Assembly (NCBI GenBank): GCA_051294905.1
Contig: CM119378.1
Coordinates: 11,160,001 to 11,224,000 of the forward strand
DNA: 64,000 nt
Origin: Botryllus schlosseri
Taxonomy: Eukaryota
Direction of reading: 5' to 3'
The stretch's first letter is position 1. Each line of letters starts with the position of its first letter. Shown here piece after piece: positions 35,471 to 48,129 of this stretch. The position numbers were made by a program, and so were the translations under genes. The notes beneath the pieces are model-generated. The model saw only the letters and a list, made by a program, of their open reading frames with translations, did not search any database and had not been told where the DNA came from.

Positions 35471-38400
35471 AAGCAGTGGTATGTTGATGCGGATTCGCTC
35501 ATATTTAGCCAAGTCAATTCTGACTTACACAATTTGCAGGATTTGTTCAGCCAGTGGTGGCAGAACACACGCTGAGCCATAGACGTTGAAGCCGCCCGTG
35601 ACGCTTTTTGCTCGTCATGTCACGATGTAGTCAGGGCATCACTTGATCGCTGAGCCAAATTTGTTGTGCATCGCTTTTCAGTAAACTTCACAATTTCATG
35701 AGGTTGACAGTAATTTTTTTCATAAGTTTAAAATTTCTAACTGTAATAGCTTCGCTTCTACGAGTTGGAATGAGTCAAATTTGGTGTGTAGCGTCATTTT
35801 ATCCAACTTAAAAAATTCATCAAATAGCCAGTAAAATTTGAAGAAAAAGCATATTTTTAACAACCCCAAGGCATAGGCATAGAAAGTAGAGGCTACTCAA
35901 TTTAGTTTGATATTAGTGTTTTTCTCGGACTATTTTTGATATAACTACTTCAAAATGAAAAAAATGCATCATCGTTAGGCTCCTTGCTATACTGTGCAAC
36001 TGTAATCTAAGAGCGTAGTCACAAAAGAATTTTATGGGGGGCAAAAATTTGATGAGGTAAAAGACCCCCCTAAAGATATAGAATGATATAGTTAAAAAAA
36101 CGACGGTCTTGTGACCTTATTGGATGATTAACAAAACACCTGGGGCATATATCCCACTTACAGAGGTACAGACATAATTTTATGTTATAATATTATTATC
36201 GTGTAAAATTCGTGTGTACCTACTCAATTCCGCGCCACGCGCGACAATTTTTCAAGGTTAATGACTGAAATTGGCCAATAATATTGTTACTTGTATACAT
36301 TGCATATACGTTATCATTACCAGATTTACCAGTAGGACTGATAGAAGCGGTGTCTTCAAAGATTAAGAGGGCACGTTAAGCTATGTATGTCCAATGTTTA
36401 TGCCACACGGTGAGACTATTCATGACTTTCTCTGGGTTGCGCGTCAGACGGACAAATTGTCATTAATTGCTTTGTTAAAGCATAAACCGTTATTTCTTCA
36501 CCAGCGGAGTAAATTGTCGCCACTCAAAAGATCACTCACACGTAGGCAACCACAACATATTAATAGATAGCCATCTTTGGGAGCAGCGTACGATTCCTAA
36601 TATGCATTATTCGCGCAATATTTTCCTCTGCTGGTCGCATTTGTAGGCCTAGGCCTACATATCGGGACTCATAATGCAAGAGGGCCGACCGGCGCGATCT
36701 TCGGCCAAGGTTCTATCGCCGGCTACCATTATCATCATCATTTCATTAGTTATTTTTAATCAAATCAATACACCACTAGATTGCCATACAATGAAAAGAT
36801 AGGAGGGTGTCGAAACGACTTGGAGTAGTCTATTAATCAGACACCCATCTTAATTGGCCAGACGATATTTTTGGGATCGCGCTTCGTGTTGGCTAAAACT
36901 TTATCTGCCTTGTTGAGCCTTTTTGTCGCCGAAAAGCTGGTGCCTAATAGTCCCGCAATCGCAGGCAGAACATTCGAATACAGTCAGATTCAATCCTATA
37001 CATCATGCGTATTTTTATTTGGGCCTATTTTTTAATTTTGATTTAGCAGGAGGCGAGTAGGCCTACGCAACAATTAAAAAAATCTACTGACACCAAGCAT
37101 ACTATATATCGGGCGAAGCGCAAAAATAGAAAGTTGAATATTTCTACTGAGAAATACTCAGCCGTCTTATGCTGATTTACGAAAATTTCGTAAAAGATGG
37201 GGGAATGGCCCCTCCCCCCAGGCTACGCCTATGCTGTAATCTAATCTTTCTACATGTAGGTCTACGAACGAATCCAAAACTACGAGTTGCCATGGTGCAC
37301 AGGGAAATATTCTGATTATGCCGACAGACAATTTTAATTTCACTGAAAATATTTTTGCCAACCGCGATATTTTGAACCAAATCAACGAATGTTGAATTTA
37401 CAACTTTTTCAGTAGTATAAGCAGGAAATAACCTGAAAAGGTATCGCAAATAGCAAAAATCCCCTGACGTAGGATATTAGAAAAAGTACAAGCGAATTTC
37501 GTACTGACCGTGGGTATTCGAAGCGGGGCAGACAGCGTAGTGATGACGATAGGCGCCTAGCGCCCAGGTTATTCTGGGTTATCGGAGGTTATTCTGGACT
37601 CCTCTTCCCCTGTGTCGCTGTTCTTACGGCGAAAAAAGTCCAGAAAAAGACCTGATGAAAGAGCGCACCCACTAAGAATCTAAGAATGGAAAGAACAAGA
37701 AAGAGCCGCGGAATAGAGATTAACATCAAAAAACTGTGACATTGCGGGCCAACTGCAACCGCGCAACTGGTCGTTCGGCATCCTCCGATCTGTTCATTAC
37801 ATCGCACTGTGTCTTATCGTGTTGCAGCCTATATTGTGTTTGTCTTGTTCAGATGAAAATATAATCTGACGATTATTGAACACTGCCCCTATTGATCCGT
37901 GTAAATGTAAATATATTGACATATCCACCCAAAGAATTCTTTGGTCCACCCTACAGCGCTGTTGCGCCATACTGCGGAAGTGGCTCAAACTTTTCATCAT
38001 GGCGATATTTACCCGGTTCAATAACGGTACGTTATTCACTTGCAAAAATATTCGTTGATTTTGTAATCTATTCACTGTCTAAAGTGCCCTGTTAAATATG
38101 TTGTAATTATATATGTGCGTGTGCATTGTGCAGGGAGACAATCTAGGGAGGCGTACGTCGGCGTAAACTATTGTACCCTGTACTACTTCACGCCCAGAAA
38201 AAATGCGGAAGCTCACGCTGGCTGTTGACGAGCGTCGACCAATCGATTGAAATCTGCTTTGAGTTCGCGTTACTTGTTGTTATGCTAGCGGAGGGCACGT
38301 GCGACTGGCGTGTTGTTCTTCTCGAAGTGACCTCGTTTGGCTTCTGGATTTGTGGCAAAATCGAGAATATATCGTTATAGATAGTTATTCTTACCGAGTA

Positions 38401-39596
38401 GAAATATTTATGTATATGCTGTGCAGCGTATTCCGTTAGCGCGACAGGTTTGTAAAAATAATTTGAGAGATTTTTGCCGATGTGGCACTTGAGGACTGAG
38501 GTTGTCGAGGGATCGCTGCAGTGGAGATCACTGAACACTGGACAGCATTGCTCTGCATTTATATTTATATGTATTCCCATGTTATCTGACCTTGCAGTAA
38601 GTGACATGGTTACTCATCACATAGTTATATGGTACTGACTCAGTCACAATAGGGAAAGTATGGTCTCACATCCATTACTTGAATCTGATGACTTGAACTA
38701 TTATCAGTATTTTCAAAGCCAGCATTGTTTTATGATAACATGAAGTGCAATGGTCAAAGCAGCTACACAGGCTTGATCAGTGTGTGTGTATGGCTATACT
38801 GGTCTTTATTTGTTGTTGACTGCTTAAGTCCGATTTAAGTAAAATCTATATTCAAAACACTCCAAATGCAACTGTTGAACTATTTACGTAAAAACATTGA
38901 TGTCATCAACGTCATGGCGTTTTAGGGTATTGAAAAATGTTTTGCATTTGATTTAACCAACATTCGGCAAAATCTATAGCCTAACCTGTGAATGTGGAAT
39001 TGTTGTAGCCTACACAGCTTCACTCGACTATCAAATTGGGGAACTTTAAACCTTTGACTATTAATGCAATGATTTTGATTGGCATAGATTAAATTACAGG
39101 ATGACATGATGGTATGATAAAATTTCTTTACCGTACGTAAGTTTATATCAGATGGCAAGTCATCTTTGATTGGTTGAGCTTATTGATAAGCATGAAAATT
39201 ATTTGCCAATACCACGGTTTTGTAGGAATCTTTAGTAGATATGTTTTTCATGAACTATGAACATATTTTTTAATATAAATTTAATATCAAGCTGCCTGGA
39301 CATATGCTATATGCTGCCGCAATCAGTCACTTACATATTACATTTCTGTGTATTTTATGCAGAGCATCGGCACTCAAGACTGTGAGTGAGCGATTGGACG
39401 TACTTTGAAGTGTACAAGATATAGTTTTTAGCAACTGTAGCAGAGTTGATGTGAATATATCGAAAAGCTACTTATTGAATATACATTGGATCTTTTTCTC
39501 CACTGGAATCGGATATACATCGGATCCTTTTTTTTACTGGCATTTGAATAACCAACAGTCAAGCTGGATCACCAGTACACAAAGACATTCGATGAG

Positions 39597-42500
39597 ATGG
39601 ATGATAGGGAGATTGATGTGGAAAGTGAAGTATGTGCCATCACACATTGAATACAGTCAAGTTTTGTGGCATGTCGCAACAGCTCTGAAATTTAACATGT
39701 CTCTTGAATTCTAAGTCACCTGAAGCCATATATCTGTTCCTTCCCATTATGTGCAACATAGCAATTGTGTTGATACAGTGAGCCAGGGGTCTGCAAGTAC
39801 TTCACTACAAAAAAAAATTAGACAAATTTGGTCTCAAATTTAAGAAATGAGGATGATTTGGTCTCATTTTCAGCAATTTCAGTCTCACTGATGAATTAAG
39901 GTCTTAAAATTGAGACTGATTCAGCTGTTTAAGACCATATGTAATTGTCACAATTATTTGGTCTTAAAAATGAGACCGATAAAAAGCATCTCTTAAGACA
40001 TATTGTGCTTATTAAGACAGTTTTTGATGCGTTAGTATTTTTGGTCTTGTTTTTAAGACAAATTTCGCTAATCAAGAAACGACATGATTTGTGGTCTTAA
40101 AAATGAGACCGGAAAGTTGTCATGGGTCAGGAGCTCTAAGACATAACTAGCTTAATGAGACAGTTTTCGATTTGTCTGTATTTTTGGTCTTGTTTTTAAG
40201 ACAGATTTCGCTAATCAAGTAACAACATGATTTGTGGTCTTAAAAATGAGACCGGAAAGTTGACATGGGTCAGGAGCTCTAAGACATAACAAGCTTATTG
40301 AGACAGTTTTTGATGTGTCAGTAATTTTTGTCTTGTTTCTAAGACAAATTTCACTAATCAAGAAATAACATGATTTGTGGTCTTAAAAATGAGACCGGAA
40401 AGTTGACATGGGCCAAGAGCATAAGACATAACTGGCTTTTTGAGACAGTTTTTGATGTGTCAGTATTTTTGGTCTTGTTTTTGAGTCGGATTTCGCGAAT
40501 CAAGAAACAACATGGTTTGTGGTCTTGAAAATGAGACCAGAAAGTTGACATGGGCCAAGAGCATAAAATTAGACAAATTTGGTCTCAAATCGATTTTTTA
40601 GAAAAAGAAGTCCCAAAACCAATTAGCCTTACCAAGTAGGCCTACATTCTGTCTCAAATCGGTTTTTAGCAAAAACAGTCTTGAAGACCAATTAGTGTTA
40701 CCAAGTACTTTCCGTCTCAAAAGTAAGACCCAACTTGATCGATAATAGAAGCACTGCTTTGGAGGCATCCATTTCAATGTTAGGTTCTGAGTGAAGGGGG
40801 AGAGTGAGAGAGACCATGGGACAATACTTATCTAAGGACTTCACAGACACAGCTAGTTTATCGAGATAATTTTTAATGCTTCAGTTTTTTTGGTCTTGTT
40901 TTTGAGACGAATTGTGCAGTATTTTTGGTCTCATTTTACCCACTCACCATAAATGCTATTTTCGATTCAGACAACCATATATATATTGATCTGAATAGTA
41001 TATGTGAGTAGTAAGTGGCATGTACCTTGATAACTATATCTAGTGAATATCTTGTAAACTACTTAGTACGGTATCATCCCAACACTGCAAATTCTGGTCT
41101 CTCTCATGCTTCCCCTACGCTCAGGCCCTAACATTGAAAAGGATGCCCCCAAAGCACCCCTACTATTTTCAATCAATTCCAGTCTTACTTTTAAGACAGA
41201 AAGTACTTGGTAAGACCAATTTGTCTTTAAGACTTTTTTTGCTAAAAAATCGATTTGAGACAGAAATTACTTGGTAAGACTAATTTGTCTTTAAGACTTT
41301 TTCTGCTAAAAAATCGATTTGAGACCAAACTTGTCTAATTTTTTTTTGTAGTGTTGTTGCAATGACCCACAAGTTATGGCTCAAAACTCTTGCAACCCAA
41401 GCATTTTATTAACGATATAATGTTGTGTTACTTACTGCATACATTAAATTTGCGGCACCGTAGACACGTAGACCGTTGAGTATGTGATTACTGGAAATGG
41501 AGGCCAATTGGTACATCATGGTGGTAGCATATTGTTTTTCTAGCCTGCAATTGTCTGTCGCAATGATGATTTTCAAAATTTGTGGGAATTCTGTGGAATA
41601 CAATTCCTTTTGAAACGATTTTGGAATCGGTGCAAATACAGGCCCTGTGTTGCAATGTAGTGAGAATTATAGGTTTAAATCATGCTCAAATTCATTTAAA
41701 TGCTATCTTATCTTGTGGTAAATTAAATTTACCCTGCGTCCCAGACTAAAAGGCTCGTACCGGCAACCCAAAATTGGGTCACAACCAACTATTTGCAAAC
41801 CCCCTGTACAAGGGTGTACTAAAATGACGAAAACGGTACGATGCGATAAATTTTTAGTAATTTAGGATTAAGGAAATTCGAGAACCTGGAGAAGGGACAA
41901 TCTCCTGGCTCCCGACATCCGAATTTCGACAATGTGATGCTACATTTTGATTCCATAAGGCTACACGTCGCAAGTTATCAACGCTTTAGCTTTTGTTGTT
42001 TGACTTGACTGCTATTACACCAACTTACCCACTATTATATATATTACATTCAGGACCAATACCTCTGAGCCTAGCCATGAAATGATTGATAGCATTTTCT
42101 AACTCACCAATGTCTGGTGATCGATTTTTTTTTATTATAGAGACCATTTTATTCACACCGCTCTTGAGTTACTTGATCGGAAATGAATTTTATTCTCAGG
42201 CCTACCTTTTCAATCCATACCAACCATCAGATGTAAACGTGAAAATATTGCATTTGTTTTGCTGGTTGTGAATGACGTGACACAATGCCGTATTGTAATA
42301 TATCCATGAATTTCTGTTACTATGGCGCAGGGATCCATATATTGCTATTTTTATGATATGACTCTTTTAAATTTTCAATTTTGCACTTAATTCGCATCTT
42401 ATTTATGAATATTGCTGCAACTCTTCTGTAAATTATTCTTGTGGTAACTGAGACAAATCTATGTGAGGTCAAGGCAGTGGCGTCCGAGGGATTTAGGGGC

Positions 42501-45500
42501 TCCTCGGTGTCCCCTTTTCAAAATGCTGTAAGTTATGTCAGATATTGCCTGCAGATAATTGCTGGCAAAAGTTTCCCGACCTCTGTAGCTAAGCTGAATT
42601 GTTGCGTGCTCAACTGTCGTTTTAATTGTGTCGCATGCTCAAATGTCTGGCAACTGACTTGATTTGGGCGGGTGTTATGACATCACTTCCACTTCAATTT
42701 CGTTCCACCATGACATCACAAATTTTCATGTGTGGCATAACAGTTGTTGACAGCATTGTATAGCTCTTCGGAAATTACAATTGAAAATATAGGGCCAATA
42801 TGGATCTTGAGAAAAGAGATTGTACAACCCCGGCTATAGTAGCTGCTTTTGTGCACCAGCATTTTACATGCAAATAATGTTAACAGGATGAAGAACGAAG
42901 CAAGAGCCCCACATCAGGATCCCTCAATTCGGTAAGTCTGACAGGATGAGTTTCTAGTTCTTTTCAATCGTTGTTTGAAATGAATTCAGTTATCAAGTTG
43001 GATCAGGCATATTTAGCATCACAAGAATGGGCAAATTACAATGGGACAAGAATAATCCTAAACCTGTTGAATACTGTTGATTTTAATTCACAATAATGAT
43101 GAAAGAACACATTACAAAGCCCTAATCATTCTGTGATTACATAGTGTAGCTTTGAAATCAGTTATCCCGCCATGCATTTCTGAGGTATAAGTAGATCGGA
43201 GCCTTGCATCCTGATTTTATTTAGATCAGTGGTTCCCAGACTTATTTGACGATAGTGAAAAATTTTGTGCCCCCCCCTTGTCGTCATGTCAAAAAATATT
43301 AAAAAGAGGAACCATGAATGTTTGCAATATCAACACATAGCTTGATTGCATGGAAGGTTATGACTGTTGAGAGACCTGTGAACTATGAAAGTCAGTTTAT
43401 ACACAGAGCCATAATTCTGAGCTGGATGTTGAATACTTTGTCAAAAATAATCAAATGGTAGCACGTAGCATACATATATTTTAAAGCAATGGTTCTCAAC
43501 CTCTATGTCTTTGAGGCATCTTTTTGGGCCATCACGGTCCCCCAAAGTATTAGCTCAATTTTAGCTCATATATCGTGCAACCGTCCTTTGTCTTGTGCGC
43601 TAATATCAACTGTAGACTAGTGGTAAGCAGCCACAAAATGGCCGTTCTTGAAAATAACATCATTACGGTACCTACTATTTATGTAGAAATTGGGAAGACT
43701 TTATTATTTGGAAACGGTTTCTGTAGCTAAATTTCTTGAAATCCGTGTCGTCTATTTGATATGAACGAGTGCCAAAAATTCATTTCCACAAAGATAGGTG
43801 GTGGCGAATGCAATAATAACGCACCGCATCTGACGACACTTTTGGGTTTGATCGCAACATGTATGACATCAAAATTGAGAAACAGATTTTTAGTGAACAA
43901 AGTTCACTAAACGTATAACATCAATCATAGTCATTTATATCTAGCAGCTCATCTTGAAGTTATTCTGGAATAGCGGATATGCAATTTTTTGTTTCAAAAC
44001 ATCTAAACAGCAATGTGTTTTTGTATCTATATAGGCTATTGGCAATTAGGAAATTAAAATGAGTTTGCACAGCAGAATATTTCATCTGACGGCCATTCAG
44101 TCTCTGATGTTTTAGCAGTTATGAAGTGACACTGCCTCGTAATTTCTCTAATTTAAAAAATTAGGTTATATACCATTTTTCAAATTTGGAGGTTTCGCGG
44201 ACCCCCGGTTGAGAATTGCTGCTTCAGAGATTTTAGTGTCTAATACCTTCTACTTCCTGACTTGGACTAGGCTGAAGCGACACCTGACCATAAGCTGCCA
44301 TAAAATGCGCTTCTTAGGAGAGGCGTTCTACAAATTGTATCCTAATTAAGTATACTCAGAGTGGCTACTTAGGCGTTGTACGCTACTTTGATTTAAATCC
44401 TTGTTTCGTGGCACATATATATACGTGGCATATGACAGGGCCTTGTAAAAGAAAATATCTCATTTCTCGATGTAACTTTGTGTCTTACTGCGCATCTGCA
44501 CTGTTGCTTGACAGACAGACCATAAAAGCTTCAGTTAACACCTACAGTAGTCATTGCGCATGACTCGAACCAAGTCATATGACTCGACACTCAGTCGGCC
44601 AAGACCGATATTTCATTGTCATTTCAAAGAAAAGTAAAGTAACCAACCTATTGGTACTGGTACGTTAAAATGCCACCAGAAATTAGTATATTATACATGC
44701 GAACCATTCGATATCACCAAACAGAGAAAAACAGTGGATTTAACAAGACTTTAACTGGAAACTGAGCAGTCAACACAATGATTCGGACTCGAGTCATAAT
44801 ACCATGACTCGGACTTGCCTCGGTGGTGAATTGAAAATGACTCGACTTGACTTGTAACTCGAAGCCTGGTGCCTTGGTTACAACCCTGGTTGACAGTAAC
44901 ATTGTGTTGTACAACACGCTTATATACTGTGATGAACATAAAATAAAGAGTCTACATCAGTGGTTCCCAACGTGGGCGAAAATGGACAAAGGGGGGAAAA
45001 TAGCGAAGGGGGCGATGACGCGTCAAAACGGCTGACCTTCTTTTTTTTTTTAGTCAACCCACGGAAATTTAGTTACAAAAGTGTGTCAAATTGGACATCG
45101 AGCCAAAAATTTGACCTTTTTTTTATAGTCAACCCGCCGGTGATTACAGTTTGTATGCCCAATTTTCGGTACACAAAATTTGGGGGGCGATGATCGGTGT
45201 TGACCTTGAAAAGGGGGCGATGGGTCGTAAAATGTTGAGAATAGGGTTAGTTCGGATATCAATAATTTTCACTATCCGGATAACGGATATATCCGGATAT
45301 TTTGGAATTTATCTAACCGGTTAACCGGATAATAACTGCTAAGTGAGACAATCGATTTAATTAGGTCTGCATGTAAAACGGATCGTAAAATCATTACACA
45401 GTGTTATTGTAGAGTACCTACCTACGCGCGCAGTATGAGCGAATACGAGAAAAACCACGCAAATTTAATGTTCACTGCTTCTGCCATGCCCTCTTTTTAA

Positions 45501-47852
45501 AGCACAGATGCATCATTTGTGGGATCCTGTAGCCGGGACCGGAATTTTGTAACAAAGAGTCCATGTTCATTGAATGCTTTTTCAGCTTCCACAGAAGTGG
45601 GCTGAATAGAAAGCAGCGCTTCGTAGAGAGTCAAAAGGTTGGCAGGTCGTACGCCGGAAACTTCAACGTCTTTACATCCTTTTGACCATCCTTATGTTTA
45701 GGTTTGGAGTACTAGAAGGACGACTAGCTGATACTGGAATTGATGCCGACATGATACCTCGCTCTAATTCACGTGATCAGGCACGCAGCCAGCCGAAAAT
45801 GTAGGGGGATTGAAATAAAATCAGGGGGTTTCGATTTTTTTTCTTCGAATTAATCATCAGCGGAAATCAATTACGCTTGCACGCACGCACATTTTTGCGA
45901 ACATTCGATGTCATTCAGTTTCGCGGTGTCACTCTCAGAATCACTAATTAGAATACACTTAACGGCGTATCGTCAACAAGCCATCGAGAGATAGGAGCCA
46001 ATGCATGCTGGGTCCGAGATGGTTAGGCCAGCGATTATATCGTTCGTAGGCCTATTGCAGATGCGATTGTGTAGGTCAACGATAATATCGTGAGCACCAA
46101 GCCAATGAAGATGCGATTGTGCAGGCCAGCGATGGAATAGTGTGTACACTGCACATGGCCCATTGCAGATGCGATTCTTCAATCCAGTGGAACTATCGGC
46201 TTGTTGAAGACGCGATAAATCAGGCCAGAGACGATAGCCGAGCGCGCGGCAATCAATGACCTAATTTAACGATCTTCTCAGCAGGAGATCGCGTCACATT
46301 ACATTGTGCGATGTGTACAGACGCATCTCGCTAATTGGCAACACGCTTCTCGTTAATCGGCCGCGCCAACACTGAATACGACTTATTGAAGCTTACTAAA
46401 ACGTGTAAAATGCATTAGCAACGATTCTTTTTTATCCGGTTAACCGGCAGAAAAATATCCGGATATCAGATAGTGAAAATATCTGCGGTTAACCGGTTAA
46501 CCGTTATCCGGATAATCCAACCCTAGTTGAGAACCACTGGTCTACACTGTTTACACTGCTGTCTCAGTGTTCAATCTGTAGTTGCCAATACATGTATACC
46601 CCTAACCCACTGCTTATATAATAGGCCCACTTGACCTCATTGCTCGTAGTCTTAGGAATTCACCTAGATTTGGGTAGCCCTGCCACAGCTCCAAAGCCAT
46701 GTAGCATACCTACACTTAGTTTATCATCAAAATCTATTCGTCTTCAGTCCAACAAAAGGGCTCATCATAATGCGCTAGAGAGGAAACGGAGGGACCACAT
46801 CAAGGAAAGCTTCCAAGGCCTAAGAGACTCAGTACCTTCCCTAGATGGAGAGAAGGTAAATGTATGTTGTCTGGTTTTTGACGCATTGTGGATCACTTAG
46901 TGAGTGGGATGGATGGAGTAAGGTGGCATGCTGTATGATATACCCGCAACTTTGTAATCGGACCTACTTTTTCCGAAAAATGTGCATCTGTGACGATTCC
47001 TCGCTCACTCTGCACAGCTTTTAAAATCTTTCGCTAGATTATTACATCCTGCTGGTTTTAGCATTTCTTTGCGTATTGCTGCAAGTGATGTCATGCAAAA
47101 TGGCACAGAGTACTTTCCTGGTTCAGAAACTCAATGCGTTTCAGATCCAAATAGAGTGTGTGCTATTGCCAATGCATCATTCAATCCTAACATACCAGAT
47201 TTCAACAGACCATTGTTTCCTTGATGGTATGGCTGAGGGAGGTTGACTATATGTGCAGCCGTCAACCATGCTCAGATCACCTCACCAGCTCAGTGTTAAC
47301 TTTTTCAATAACATTTCTGAAGGTACACCTATATTAAAATCGAAAAGACCAATGAGATGAAATCATGGAAAGAAATTATTGAGTTGAATAAATCTATCCC
47401 GAAAATATTCCACTTCTTGTTGGTTCGGCCCTTGGTTGCTTATCGGCTTAATTCCACAATGCATCTCGTACCCCAAACACATTTGAATGATCACATCAAT
47501 GTTTTATTGATTGAAACACCTGGTTTGCTCTTTGCATCAATAAGCATTAGAGATCATATTTTTCAGTCGTCAAGAGCGCAAATATTGAATAAAGCGACCG
47601 AGTACATTCAATCCATGAGGATGAAGAATATCAACCACCAACAAGATATCGATGAACTAAAGCTACAAAACAAGCATCTTGAACAACAAAGTGAGAGCAG
47701 TCTGTTGCCGTTCTGGAAGAACATGAGCTTATCAATTCTCTGTTACAGTTCGAGAGCTGGAGAGGTCCAACCAACAGATACAGAACTCTCAAGACATTTC
47801 AAGTGGAATGGATTTGGACGGTAGTCCACAATTACCAACTGCATCATCCTAG
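39597..47852 (+). CDS. MAX: Max bHLH-leucine zipper protein (137 aa from the first clear ATG)
   Basis: Exons 39597-39629 ([11 protein letters not shown]), 42887-42931 ([15 protein letters not shown]), 46748-46855 ([20 protein letters not shown]...), 47567-47690 ([15 protein letters not shown]...), 47749-47852. Total 414 nt, frame consistent, all GT-AG. AATAAA at 47940. Confidence 0.92.
39803..41353. mobile_element. Non-autonomous CACTA/EnSpm-type element (1,551 bp) in a MAX intron
   Basis: TIR CACTACAAAAAAAAATTAGACAAATTTGGTCTCAAAT...ATTTGAGACCAAACTTGTCTAATTTTTTTTTGTAGTG, flanked by TT/TT (2-bp TSD). Many GAGAC/TAAGAC subterminal motifs, no transposase ORF. Confidence 0.85.
39958..40565 (+). 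repeat. Tandem array, about 143-bp unit, about 4.3 copies, inside the CACTA element
   Basis: The motif TGATTTGTGGTCTTAAAAATGAGACCGGAAAGTTG recurs at 40085, 40228, 40371 and 40513. Confidence 0.9.
45242..46525 (-). mobile_element. Internally deleted hAT transposon nested in the above MITE
   Basis: TIR TAGGGTT...AACCCTA with ATCCGGATA / GGTTAACC subterminal repeats. Perfect 8-bp TSD GTTGAGAA (45234-45241, 46526-46533). Confidence 0.88.
45497..45660 (-). pseudogene. hAT transposase C-terminal dimerization-domain remnant
   Basis: Translates as ...[43 protein letters not shown], which matches the P-T/S-S-V-x-x-ER-x-FS-x-x-G...RSRL pattern of the hAT dimerization domain. Confidence 0.75.
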
Positions 47853-48129
47853 CGCTATTTACTTTCACTGGTGGCGTCGAGTTTATTTGCGACTTGTTCG
47901 TCTGCCACTTATACTTTTTGAATCCTGTTTCTCCAATATAATAAAATTACTTTTATCTAACGGTCGAGAAGGTTTGGGGAAGTGGGATTGATGCATAAGT
48001 TTGTCATTATTGCACCATGCATACTGATTTGGTTTTGCAGCGTGTGTCTCCAGATCTGACAGCGCCAGCAGCTCCGCTATTGGTTGAAATCTCCATTCCT
48101 TCCACATTGGAGTGCAGCGAGGCAAAACA

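Larger units (their letters stand above)
44958..46539. mobile_element. CAGTGGTT-type hAT MITE interrupted by a second hAT insertion
   Basis: TIR CAGTGGTTCCCAAC...GTTGAGAACCACTG. TSD GTCTACAT/GTCTACAC (7 of 8 match). Confidence 0.85.

Noticed and set aside
38296-38301. CACGTG E-box upstream of MAX (possible autoregulation)
   Set aside because: A single hexamer is expected by chance many times in 64 kb, and the TSS is unknown.
38922-39158. Minus-strand peptide weakly like a CR1/L2 RT C-terminus
   Set aside because: The similarity is impressionistic only.
39958-40565. Regular repeat array as a possible CRISPR
   Set aside because: The context is eukaryotic, whole 143-bp units repeat without unique spacers, there are no cas genes, and the array lies inside CACTA TIRs.
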